A stretch of DNA of 64,000 bases from Nitrososphaeraceae archaeon (GTDB taxonomy: Archaea; Thermoproteota; Nitrososphaeria; Nitrososphaerales; Nitrososphaeraceae). The stretch spans positions 64,001-128,000 of the forward strand of contig DATFEP010000061.1 of assembly GCA_035250975.1 (NCBI GenBank), written 5' to 3'. Shown here one piece after another: positions 21,289 to 31,116 of this stretch; within the stretch, counting starts at the first letter, position 1, and each line of letters starts with the position of its first letter. Below the pieces are notes generated by a model. That model had not been told where the DNA came from and ran no database searches. It saw only the letters and a list, made by a program, of their open reading frames with translations. The position numbers and the translations under genes are program-made.

Positions 21289-21825
21289 TTGAAGACAATC
21301 GCGATCGATTTAGATTCAGTTTTAGCCGATGTAATGATTATTTGGATTGAGGAATATAATAGAATTCGTGGTTCCAACATCATCAAAAATGATATTACTG
21401 CTTGGGATATTCACAGCATTTTGCCTATAAATAAAATTGAATGTAATATTCTGTTTGCAATAGTATGGAAAAATAGATGGAAAGAAATACCGCCTACAAA
21501 TAAAAATATAGAAAAAATTATAAGGGATTTGAATAAGGAAAATAGAATTTCGATAATAACTAAAAGAGAAAAGGATACAATTCCGTTTGTATATGAGTGG
21601 CTGAAGTATAATAATATAACATATGACGACTTATTATTTGTGCCTGATGAAATTCCGAAAAGCGTATATCCATTCAATTTTTTGATAGATGATTATCCAA
21701 ATAATTTAGTAGATATTAAATTTCCAAAAAAAGGGATATTGTTTGATCAACCATGGAATAAAAATTTTAATTGGCCTAGAAGAATTCACTCCCTAGAAGA
21801 AATAAGAACAGTTATTTGTTTGTAG
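21289..21825 (+). CDS. HAD-family 5'(3')-deoxyribonucleotidase-like protein (NT5C)
   Basis: IAIDLDSVLAD, LIDDYPNN, LFDQPWN. Confidence 0.85.
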   Translation: MKTIAIDLDSVLADVMIIWIEEYNRIRGSNIIKNDITAWDIHSILPINKIECNILFAIVWKNRWKEIPPTNKNIEKIIRDLNKENRISIITKREKDTIPFVYEWLKYNNITYDDLLFVPDEIPKSVYPFNFLIDDYPNNLVDIKFPKKGILFDQPWNKNFNWPRRIHSLEEIRTVICL

Positions 21826-21835
21826 TACAAATTAG

Positions 21836-22174
21836 CTAAGAAAATTCCAATTCTATAATTGCTCGGTTTAAAAGTGAGGAAACACCTGTATACTTTTTAA
21901 TAAATTCTATTGTAGATTCAAACGAATCAACACCTCTATATCCTTCATCGTACTTCATCAATACAATCCCTTTATTTGTCTTAACATAAAGTACAAATAA
22001 ATAGTAATTTCCCAATTTTGTGTCATAATTCTCTACATACTGACTTAATATTATTTCCTCTATATAATACTCATGAATGTACTTGATATTAGAAAGAACT
22101 TTTTCTGATTTTGTTGGGTTTTTTCCTTCTATTCTGTGAATATCAAAGTCAAGTATTATTTTTTTATTTTTCAT
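21836..22174 (-). CDS. Hypothetical protein
   Basis: 112-aa ORF whose start overlaps the stop of the PurF-like gene, suggesting translational coupling. Confidence 0.7.
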   Translation of the reverse strand: MKNKKIILDFDIHRIEGKNPTKSEKVLSNIKYIHEYYIEEIILSQYVENYDTKLGNYYLFVLYVKTNKGIVLMKYDEGYRGVDSFESTIEFIKKYTGVSSLLNRAIIELEFS

Positions 22175-23537
22175 ATTCTAAAAATCTGATCCATTCTGGA
22201 AACCACAAGTTACTTTCAGGAATGCCAATTCCTTTAGCGAGTAGGGAAGGAGAATTATAGAATATCTTTTCACAACCAATCTCCCTAGAAACAAAAGAAT
22301 TGAGCTGATCTAAATTGGATATTTTACCTACATATTTGTTGGCAAGAAAATCCCTATTATGAGTATACAAACCAACTTGTCTTCCATCAATAGTGGGAAC
22401 ATAACATACTATGACATTCACTTGGTTTACTCCATTTTTCTTGAGATAGTAAATAGTTTCTCTGGCTGTACTACCTGTTTGTATGGTTCCTTGAATTGTA
22501 GCAATTTTTCTATTTTTAGTTAAATTTTCTATTATAAATTTTAACGACTTGCCTGTTGTTAAAAGTTTATTTTTACTGACTTGTTCAGAAAAATCTATCA
22601 TATGATCAGAGTCATCATACCTGTCTTTTATTACTCCTTCGGATATTTCAAATTTTGAAAATTTGTTCTGTAAGCTTAATCCCATTCCCAATGCCATAGG
22701 TCTAGTATAATCTGGTTCTGCATAAATACTATCTAGATCCATCTCGAGGGGCAAACGATCAGCTTGTATTTTTCCGATATTTTTTCTTATTGAATAAATA
22801 CTTTTATTGTTAAACATGGAAGTTACATGAGATTCTCGTATAAATTCAAAAGGATCTAGTAATATTTTGTGGTCTTTAAGTGTAGCTAAATCCCGAACAT
22901 AATTTTTTAAACTTAATTTTATCAATTGTCCGGGTTTTATATTTTCATAATTTAAATGCGGAAAAGATATCCTTAATGAATTCTCAGATGAAATAACTAC
23001 AATGTGATCATCTGTGGCCATAATAAGAGGTTTAAATCCAGTACTATTTCGAAAAATAAATATTTCATTCTTCTTTTTAATAATAATATTTCCTCTGAGA
23101 TGTCTATCTATAAACTCTGCTGCCTGTTCGCTATTCTTTTTTTCAGTAATTAATTTCATAAAAATATAAAAAATTTGATACAATGGATCGAGTTTTTTTG
23201 CAGATCCGATGTGTGGATGAAGATATAACTTTTCTGTATCTACAAGAAAACCATCGATACAGATATCGAGTAAATTCATACTAGGAAAAAGGGGAGATCT
23301 TTTTGAAAGATATCCTACTGCACAGAATCCAGATAACTTTTTCTTTTTGATGGAAGCAAATAAAACATCGTCAGAAGGTATAGAACCTTGGTTTTCGATG
23401 ACATTGTCACCAATCATCAATTTCCAATAAGCTTTTCCTCTATGTTGAAGCATCCTCATACCACGTATAAGGTAAAAAATGGTCGTATCAGAAGATTTAT
23501 TTCCGTTGTAGTTATAAACTGCAATTAATCCTGCCAA
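22164..23537 (-). CDS. Degenerate amidophosphoribosyltransferase (PurF)-like protein
   Basis: LQHRG, RxxxGFKPL, SSE, IKPGQ, R-x-x-IG and IGC motifs follow the PurF layout, but the catalytic residues are absent. Confidence 0.8.
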   Translation of the reverse strand: MAGLIAVYNYNGNKSSDTTIFYLIRGMRMLQHRGKAYWKLMIGDNVIENQGSIPSDDVLFASIKKKKLSGFCAVGYLSKRSPLFPSMNLLDICIDGFLVDTEKLYLHPHIGSAKKLDPLYQIFYIFMKLITEKKNSEQAAEFIDRHLRGNIIIKKKNEIFIFRNSTGFKPLIMATDDHIVVISSENSLRISFPHLNYENIKPGQLIKLSLKNYVRDLATLKDHKILLDPFEFIRESHVTSMFNNKSIYSIRKNIGKIQADRLPLEMDLDSIYAEPDYTRPMALGMGLSLQNKFSKFEISEGVIKDRYDDSDHMIDFSEQVSKNKLLTTGKSLKFIIENLTKNRKIATIQGTIQTGSTARETIYYLKKNGVNQVNVIVCYVPTIDGRQVGLYTHNRDFLANKYVGKISNLDQLNSFVSREIGCEKIFYNSPSLLAKGIGIPESNLWFPEWIRFLEYEK

Positions 23538-23707
23538 AGATCTGTTTTTTGATTGTTAGAAAAGATATAAAAGTTATCGAGTCCTAAAATGGAAATAATA
23601 TTCATAAAAATAATATAAGGAAAATTGACGCAATGTTACGAAATAATTATAATAAAGAATTTAGCAAAATAAAAAAATGGTTTAATGTTATATTAGTAAA
23701 TTAGAAT

Positions 23708-24910
23708 ATGTTAATTGGAATTATTGGGAAAGCGAATGTTGGCAAATCAACTTTTTTTAATGCTTTAACAGATCAAGCTGTTACATCAGCAAATTATCCT
23801 TTTACCACAATACAACCAAATATAGGAATTAGTTATGTAAGAAAAAAATGTGTTTGTAGAGAATTTGGTGTTAAAGATAATCCTATCCATTCAGTGTGTG
23901 TTGATGGGAATAGATTTGTTCCAGTGAAATTAATAGATGTAGCTGGTTTAGTTCCAGGAGCTCATTTAGGAAAAGGACTTGGCAATAAGTTTCTAGATGA
24001 TGCAAGACAGGCCGATGCATTAATTCATGTTGTAGATGCGTCTGGATCGACCGACCCCGAGGGACATATAATAGATCAATCCAAGGGAGACCCTCTGTAT
24101 GATATAAAATTTGTAGAAGAAGAATTTGATCGCTGGCTATTTTCTATAGTCAGCAGAGAATGGAATAAGATTTCAAGAGATATGATTAGTCAAAAAATGA
24201 AAATTGAACAGATACTAACAAAAAAATTGTCAGGTTTGTCTATAAATATGGACAATATTGTAGAATCCTTAATGGAGTTGAATTTAAAGAACAAGAATCC
24301 TGATTTGTGGACAGAGGATGAATTACTATCTTTTGTAAGAATAGTTAGAATGAAATCTAAACCTTTACTTATTGTTGCCAATAAAATAGACATAAAATCT
24401 TCTATGAAAAATATAATAAAGATTGAAAAAGAAATAGACAGAATAATAATTCCATGTGCTTCAGAAGCAGAATTAGCTTTAAGAAAAGGAATGGAAAAGG
24501 GACTATGGTATTATTTACCAGGTGATAAAGATTTTCAAATAAAGAAAAAAGACCTCAACGAACAACAACAAAAGGCGATATTGATGATTAAATCGATATT
24601 GATGGAGAATGGTTCTACCGGAGTCCAGAATGCCATCAATACTATATGTTTTGATCTCATGAAGATGATTATTGTTTACCCCGTAGAAGATGATGTTAAA
24701 TTATCAGACAAAAATGGAAACGTACTTCCACATGCGTTACTAATGCCTAAAGGTGCCACTGCAAAGGATCTTGCTCAAGCGATACATGCGGATTTGGCAA
24801 AAGGGTTTATGTTTGCAATTGATGTTAGAAGTAAACAAAGAATAGGAGCAGATTATAAACTGAATGATAATGATGTAATTAAAATAGTTTCATCTACATC
24901 AAGGGGATAA
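23708..24910 (+). CDS. ychF: YchF/Obg-family translation-associated NTPase with TGS domain
   Basis: GKANVGKST, NYPFTTI, DVAGLVPGA, ANKID, C-terminal TGS domain. Confidence 0.92.
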   Translation: MLIGIIGKANVGKSTFFNALTDQAVTSANYPFTTIQPNIGISYVRKKCVCREFGVKDNPIHSVCVDGNRFVPVKLIDVAGLVPGAHLGKGLGNKFLDDARQADALIHVVDASGSTDPEGHIIDQSKGDPLYDIKFVEEEFDRWLFSIVSREWNKISRDMISQKMKIEQILTKKLSGLSINMDNIVESLMELNLKNKNPDLWTEDELLSFVRIVRMKSKPLLIVANKIDIKSSMKNIIKIEKEIDRIIIPCASEAELALRKGMEKGLWYYLPGDKDFQIKKKDLNEQQQKAILMIKSILMENGSTGVQNAINTICFDLMKMIIVYPVEDDVKLSDKNGNVLPHALLMPKGATAKDLAQAIHADLAKGFMFAIDVRSKQRIGADYKLNDNDVIKIVSSTSRG

Positions 24911-25947
24911 TGAAAATGATTTTTAATGATTCAGGTGAAAAACTAGGTTTTGGAATAGAGAGTACTGCTCACACTTTTGGTTGTTCGGTAATAAAATTTA
25001 AGGAACCACAAAAAAAAGGCGAGATTATTTCTGAAGAAAGGAGTATATATAAAGCACCATCCGGCTCAGGCATTCATCCGAGAGAAGCCTCAAGACATCA
25101 CATGAACAAGGCACCAGAAATCTTGAGAAATTGTTTGAAAGAAGCAAAAGTTGCTCCTAAAGAACTAGATATCATTTCATATTCTGCGGGTCCAGGATTG
25201 GGACCGTGCCTAAGAGTAGGAGCGGTTGTAGCAAGAACTCTTTCATCGTTTTATAATAAACCATTAGTTCCAGTCAACCATGCTTTAGGACATATTGAAT
25301 TAGGAATGATGTTAACTGAATGCAAAGATCCTCTAGTATTATTGGTTTCTGGAGGCCATACAATGATTTTAGCATTCTCAAATAAGCGATGGAGAATTTT
25401 CGGAGAAACGCTAGATATAACAATAGGACAATTATTAGATCAATTTGGCAGACACATGGGGCTTTCTTCGCCATGTGGAAACAAAATAGAGGAATTAGCA
25501 TTACAATCATCAGAACAGTATATTCAATTACCGTATTCAGTTAAAGGGAATGATGTCTCTTTTTCGGGCCTTTTGACTTATACAAAATCACTTATTACTG
25601 AAGGTAAAAATGAATTTGATGTATGTTTTTCCTTGCAAGAAACTGCCTTTGCTATGTTAACAGAAGTAGTTGAAAGAGCATTATCTTTTACAGGAAAAAA
25701 ACAGGTATTAATAGTAGGAGGTGTCTCAGCAAATAAACGTCTACATGATATGTTGGAACAGTCGTCTGAAAGGCAGAAAGCAGAATTACGATCATGTCCT
25801 TTAATTTACTCAGGTGATAACGGATCACAAATTGCATGGATAGGTTTATGCGAGTATCATACTACAGGAAAAAAAACAGATATCAAAAAATCTTTTGTTA
25901 ACCAATCATGGAGATTGGATTCAGTAGATGTTAATTGGAGAACCTAG
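24910..25947 (+). CDS. kae1: KEOPS t6A synthase Kae1
   Basis: GIESTAHT, GIHPREA, GPGLGPCL, VNHALGHIE, LVSGGHT, GDNG. Confidence 0.95.
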   Translation: MKMIFNDSGEKLGFGIESTAHTFGCSVIKFKEPQKKGEIISEERSIYKAPSGSGIHPREASRHHMNKAPEILRNCLKEAKVAPKELDIISYSAGPGLGPCLRVGAVVARTLSSFYNKPLVPVNHALGHIELGMMLTECKDPLVLLVSGGHTMILAFSNKRWRIFGETLDITIGQLLDQFGRHMGLSSPCGNKIEELALQSSEQYIQLPYSVKGNDVSFSGLLTYTKSLITEGKNEFDVCFSLQETAFAMLTEVVERALSFTGKKQVLIVGGVSANKRLHDMLEQSSERQKAELRSCPLIYSGDNGSQIAWIGLCEYHTTGKKTDIKKSFVNQSWRLDSVDVNWRT

Positions 25948-25987
25948 AAATATACACAATAAACTAAAAAAACAGTTTTATACTTTT

Positions 25988-26317
25988 CTAATATAGTTTA
26001 TTAGATTTAACTTTTTCAATCTCTTTTGTCCATTTAGAATTACTGAAAACTCCGAATTTATATATCTCATTTTTTAAGGTGGTAATTACTACCTTTTTTA
26101 TGATGAATCCTTCAGCCCTACAATCAGCAATTTGATCAAGAGGTAAATCTAAAAGTAATTCGCCAGTTTGTTTTGAAAGGGTTGCAAGGGTACCTTCAGT
26201 TTTTTCAAAAATAATTCGCTGATTTGTAAGTGTAAGTATTCCGTTTTTTAGCCTGTCTTCGGCACAATCTTCTTCAAGAATTAATTTCTCTCCTTTTCTA
26301 GGTTTGACAGAACTCAC
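25988..26317 (-). CDS. Hypothetical PH/GRAM-like domain protein
   Basis: GILTLTNQRIIFEK beta motif, then LPLDQI and a C-terminal W-containing helix, typical of PH-like folds; likely GTG start at 26317 (alternative 26341). Confidence 0.65.
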   Translation of the reverse strand: MSSVKPRKGEKLILEEDCAEDRLKNGILTLTNQRIIFEKTEGTLATLSKQTGELLLDLPLDQIADCRAEGFIIKKVVITTLKNEIYKFGVFSNSKWTKEIEKVKSNKLY

Positions 26318-26335
26318 GTTTTTATTATATAGAAT

Positions 26336-26965
26336 ATGCATATATTATCATTGCATCGAAAACTCATTAAGAAAGGAGCAGAAGCCGATATTTTTTTAAT
26401 AGCATGGTACGGAAGAAAGGCGATTTCAAAAATGAGAAATCCAAAGCAATATAGGAACAAATATCTTGACGAAAATATAAGAAAAAAAAGAACATTACAT
26501 GAAGCCAATATGATAAGTGCAGTTAAGAACGTGGATATAAAAACACCATCTTTGTTATTTTTGGATCCACTAAAAGCTGAAATAATAATGGAATACATAG
26601 ATGGACATAATGTAAAGGATATAATGTCAAGTCAATTGGCTTTAGATATGGGAAAATATACGTCCTTACTACATAATAATAATATTGTACACGGTGATTT
26701 AACTACTTCAAATTTTATAAAATCTGGTAACGATCTTGTAGTTATAGATTTTGGATTATCTTTTTTTTCTGAGAGGATTGAAGATAGAGCGGTCGACTTT
26801 CGATTAATTAAAGAGATTTTGAGTAGTGCACATATAGATATATTCGATCAGGCATATCAGAATTTCATAACAGGATATTCGAACAATACAAATAACAATA
26901 TGAAAAAAATATTACGAGTAGTCAGTGAAATAGAGAAAAGAGGAAGATATGCAAGAATAAGTTAG
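26336..26965 (+). CDS. bud32: KEOPS kinase/ATPase Bud32
   Basis: KGAEA, RTLHEA, HGDLTTSN, IDFGL, and the RGRY C-terminus. Confidence 0.93.
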   Translation: MHILSLHRKLIKKGAEADIFLIAWYGRKAISKMRNPKQYRNKYLDENIRKKRTLHEANMISAVKNVDIKTPSLLFLDPLKAEIIMEYIDGHNVKDIMSSQLALDMGKYTSLLHNNNIVHGDLTTSNFIKSGNDLVVIDFGLSFFSERIEDRAVDFRLIKEILSSAHIDIFDQAYQNFITGYSNNTNNNMKKILRVVSEIEKRGRYARIS

Positions 26966-27177
26966 ACAAAATTGCTAAAATTAAAATTACTAGAATATCA
27001 GAAATAATAGTATCATATTACCTAACATAGGTTGGTTTACAATTTACTTCATGCAATATGTATTATGTTCTTGGAATTGTTATTTTTTATATAACAAAGA
27101 TTTAAGAATTTATGTTAATCTGTATATACTATATACCATTTGAAAATATTTTTATTTATAATATTTATAGATAGAAT

Positions 27178-27750
27178 ATGATTAATTTACTGTTTTTTGT
27201 AACTAGTAATTCAAATAAATTTTTGGAGGTTGAATCAATTTTAAAAAAAAGATTAAATTCGACAAAATTACAGTTTTATAAGCATCATATTATAGAAATA
27301 CAATCTGATGATATCGAAATAATTGCTTTAGAAAAAGCTAGATATGCGTATGATATGGTTAAACAGCCAATAATAATAGAAGATGATGGATTGTTCATTA
27401 AATCTTTAAACGGCTTTCCAGGCCAATATTCGTCATATAGTTTTGCTACAATAGGAAATAGAGGAATCTTGAAACTAATGAAGGGAGAATCTGATCGATC
27501 TGCTTTTTTTAGATCGATTTTTGTTTATAATGATGGAATTGAAATAGAACTTTTTTCTGGACAAATTTGTGGAAAAATCTCTACGCGACTTTATAAAGGA
27601 GGATGGGGATTTGATCCTATTTTTATTCCAGAAAAATCAAATATGTCATTGGGCAGATTATACATTATAAACAAAAAAAACAAGTTTTCGCATAGAAGAT
27701 TAACTTTAGAGAAATTCATATCATGGTATAACGGAAAATATCCACAATAG
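27178..27750 (+). CDS. rdgB: Non-canonical purine NTP pyrophosphatase RdgB/HAM1
   Basis: TSNSNK, EDDGL, LNGFPGQYS, GWGFDPIF, SHR. Confidence 0.92.
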   Translation: MINLLFFVTSNSNKFLEVESILKKRLNSTKLQFYKHHIIEIQSDDIEIIALEKARYAYDMVKQPIIIEDDGLFIKSLNGFPGQYSSYSFATIGNRGILKLMKGESDRSAFFRSIFVYNDGIEIELFSGQICGKISTRLYKGGWGFDPIFIPEKSNMSLGRLYIINKKNKFSHRRLTLEKFISWYNGKYPQ

Positions 27751-28034
27751 AGTATCAAATATTTTGAATTTATCATTTTATTATTACATTAAAATATTTG
27801 CTTACAGAACAATTTGACTTTAAACTTTATTATCTTGAATTGACTTCACAATGTAATGTAAATTTATAAAGAAATTTTTTCAAGTAATCATAAAGTCATT
27901 TGTATAATTTATTTCTATTATGCAAAAAGAATAATAGTTATAAAAGTAACTTTATTTTTAATATTTAATGAAGATATTGTTCTATTTAATAGTATCACAT
28001 CTGTTATATTAATTATAAACTTTATAAGTTAAGG

Positions 28035-28328
28035 ATGAAAAACCGCAGCCGATACGAGGTTATTGCAGCTATAATATCATCATGCATAAGGATGGAAACT
28101 CGAACAAAAATTATGTACAAAGCTATGCTTAGTAACGATCAATGTAAGCTATATATTCAATTTTTATTAAAATGTGGTTTAATTAACGAGGTTTTAAACG
28201 GTGAAAAAAGGTATTATATTATTACTGAAAGCGGAAATAAATTTCTGGTTAATTTTGAAAAATTGAAAGAAATGCTCCCAAGCATCATGGAGGGAGAGAT
28301 AGAAGAACATCATAATTTAAGGATCTAA
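28035..28328 (+). CDS. Winged-helix DNA-binding protein (archaeal HTH_45-like)
   Basis: RSRYEVIAAI, TKIMYKAMLS, YYIITESG. Confidence 0.85.
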   Translation: MKNRSRYEVIAAIISSCIRMETRTKIMYKAMLSNDQCKLYIQFLLKCGLINEVLNGEKRYYIITESGNKFLVNFEKLKEMLPSIMEGEIEEHHNLRI

Positions 28329-28389
28329 CATAAATTTTATTATATTTTGAAATTTATTCATAGAATGTCTTCTAGATATTTAAAAACAT

Positions 28390-28915
28390 TAATTCATAGT
28401 TTTCAACCGATATTTTACAAAATCCAGTTTGAATCTTGTAGTTCTGTGATAACACAATTAGCGTCTTTCAGATCATCAAACCTAGAATGATAAAAACAAG
28501 GAAGTATTTTGTATTTTACTTGCTTTGGGCATCTTCTGCAATGAATAATTCTTCTTATCCTACTGGAAAATATTCCATTTTTGAGAGCATGTTTATCTGG
28601 ATCTAGAAACTTTCCCGTAATTTCAGAGCAAAGTGGTTTGCTCTATCTACAAAAGGTACAAATTACAAAATCTTTCTATGTGTACCCATTTTAACTAGTG
28701 GACGAAACTCTTGCTGTTAAATTTATTATATTGTTGAAATAACTGTTTCCTATTATATTAATAGACTACTAAAAACAATTATTCTTTTGGGAGATCCTAT
28801 AACTGCTACAACAGATCCTTGTTTCCTTCTTCTGACTAAATAAGTGTATACAAATATTGGATTCGTCCTGTATAATGATATTAATCCAGTAGATTTTAAA
28901 CTAATGATCTAATTT
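28390..28915 (-). pseudogene. Decayed IS630-family transposase (DDE domain)
   Basis: Fragments across frames in the expected order: IQDES, SVVAVIGSPKRIIVF, KQLFQQYNKFNSKSF, FVDRA, MEYFPVG, FYHSRFDDLKDA, RTTRFKLDFVKY; many stops and frameshifts. Confidence 0.7.
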
Positions 28916-29168
28916 ACTCTTTTTTAAATTTCCTTTTGTCCTTTATTCAGAACGCATTGATAAATCATTATGCAGTTTTTTAAGTGAAAAATCACTTATG
29001 TAATAATCTTTATATCTATACCTAATCAGTATATTTATAATATTTTTTGACTATTAATTTAAAGATAATTTTCACTTTCTTTAACTCATCATTCTTATTC
29101 TTTTTCGTATCAATAAGTGTGTAGCTTAATTCAACTAGAATACATTTAATCACAAACAAATAATTATG

Positions 29169-30066
29169 CTACATCGATACAAACCTGTTATACAACCTTA
29201 TCTTTAGAGCAGTTTCTACTTTTTGCATATTAAATTTCTTTGATAGTAAATGTTCTACCAATACTCTTTTTAATGATGAGAAGACGACTTCAGCAATCCA
29301 TCGTTGTCCTGTGTTTTTTAATTGTTTGTACTTTTCATAACCAATTTTTTGAATCAGATGAACAAGTTCATTGCTTGATTTACATTTTCTTGTTCTACCA
29401 TTAGCGTTCTTTCTAATAGTTATAACAGGTTCAATATACATTTTGTCTAACATATTGAAATTAGTCTTACTGTCATATGCTTTATCCGCATATGTTTTTG
29501 CAATTCTGTGGTTTTTGGAAATCTCTTTTATCATGGGTACAAATTTCTTGCTATCATGAACAGTACCTTTAGTTATTAGGAATGAGATTATCTGTTTTGA
29601 TTTAGTATCAACTGCAATATGTAATTTAAGGTACTCTCTACGTTCTTTCTTCCATTTATCTTCAATGTAAAGTACCTTTCTTAGATATGGTAAGACCAGA
29701 AGCATTAATCACCAAGGTTATTGACTCATCTATCTTTTCATTCTTGTAATTATCTCTAAAATTAGTACACATTCTCTTGATACGTCTTCTCAATTGAGTA
29801 AAATGTATTTCCTCCATTATTCTGATATATTCTGCTAATCCCCTTACAATTCCCTGTACTCTTGTTCTGTATGAAATAGAAAATCCAATTTTGAGAAATG
29901 CTAGAAATTGGACATAACTATCAGGATATAGAAACGGTCTACCAACTTTGTTTTTGTTCATCTTTGATAGTTCCCTTCTTTGTGATTTAATAAATCCAAT
30001 ATCCATCAGGATATGACCACGTTCTATGAGGGATTCATTATATGCAGACCAGTTTCTCTTGGACAT
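29169..30066 (-). mobile_element. IS5-family (IS903/ISH1-like) transposase, frameshifted
   Basis: NWSAYNESLIERG, VGRPFLY, YLKLHIAVD, HDSK, ADKAYDS, RWIAEVVFSSLKR; split into two ORFs at about 29670. Confidence 0.9.
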
Positions 30067-30119
30067 TAGAAGAATAATGAAATTACTGGATAATAATGCT
30101 ACAAACTACGTATCAATAT

Positions 30120-30690
30120 ATATTAAAATAAAGTTGTATTCTAATACGTACATACAATAGAATACATTCATTCTGAATATAATTATAGTATTCGTCAAAA
30201 TTCTCGTTTCTATCCTTGAGAAATTGACTGACTAATTTCATCAAACTTTTATGCAATATTAAATAATGGATAAATTTTTAATTCAATCGAATTACATGCT
30301 CCATAATACAATGTGTCAACCTCCGCATGTACAATATGTCGTCGATAGTTGGATAGAAGGGACCTGACAAAATATTACCTACTAACAATTTTTGCCCTTA
30401 TATTCAAAGCACTTTCTTATTGATTAGCTTCATATTAAATCAAAACACAACCAATAAAGATGATCTCCAATATGAACAATAGTTATATCTCATGAAATTC
30501 TCCTTTTTTCACAGGTGTGAGATGATACAAATCGCGGTCGATTTTCCTACATAATCTCTTTTTCTTTTCTAAAAGTTGTCAAAGCTTTGATGGTATCGCT
30601 TAAAATTAGGCAAAGTACATGTATAATTATACATTACTTAACTGTGTATGTTGTGTTCTAAATTGAATGACTATAGATAATTAGTAGGGC
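30120..30690 (-). pseudogene. Decayed IS6-family transposase
   Basis: In order: DTIKALTTF, IVHIGDHLYWL, FVRSLLSNYRRHIVHAEVDTLYYGACNSIELK, KSLMKLVSQFLKDRNENFDEYY. These match archaeal IS6 motifs (YGKH-V-xDGG-WYP-AC; KDRTExFDDYY). Confidence 0.72.
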
Positions 30691-30813
30691 TACATCTTAA
30701 ACCGATTTGGTCAAATTGACACAACTTTTGCAAGGATACGAATATTGCACAAAATTTGTTTCATCATAAACAGAGTTCATATTAGGGAACAAGAATCATT
30801 TGTTTTGTTATTA

Positions 30814-31059
30814 ATGAATTATAGTGGAAGAGGATATGGTAGAGGCGGAGACAATAGAAGGACATTTGGCTCAAGTCCAAAACCAGTTGAAATGGGAAAA
30901 GAATACGAAGTGGAAATATCAGAAATAAGTAATAAGGGAGATGGAATTGCCAGAATCCAAGGATTTGTAATCTTCGTTGTTGGAGGAAAAGTTGGGCAGA
31001 ATGTGAAGATAAGAATCACCAGTATCGGAGAAAGATTCGCAAAAGCAGAAGTTGTGTGA
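30814..31059 (+). CDS. Single TRAM-domain RNA-binding protein
   Basis: PKPVEMGKEYEVEI, GDGIARIQGFVIFV, RG-rich N-terminus; start at ATG 30814. Confidence 0.9.
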   Translation: MNYSGRGYGRGGDNRRTFGSSPKPVEMGKEYEVEISEISNKGDGIARIQGFVIFVVGGKVGQNVKIRITSIGERFAKAEVV

Positions 31060-31116
31060 ACGCAAATCATTTATATAAAACCTACGGTCGCTACAGCAGG
31101 TTTTTAGAAAAAAAGA

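Noticed and set aside
28390-28915. First read as a HAD phosphatase pseudogene (ELFIAEDA, LKDANCVI)
   Set aside because: Other frames give a much more complete and ordered IS630 motif series (DES, KQLF.QY.KF, DRA, EYFPVG).
29100-30120. Terminal inverted repeats or target-site duplication for the IS5 element
   Set aside because: No convincing inverted pair was found by eye, so the element's ends are left undefined.
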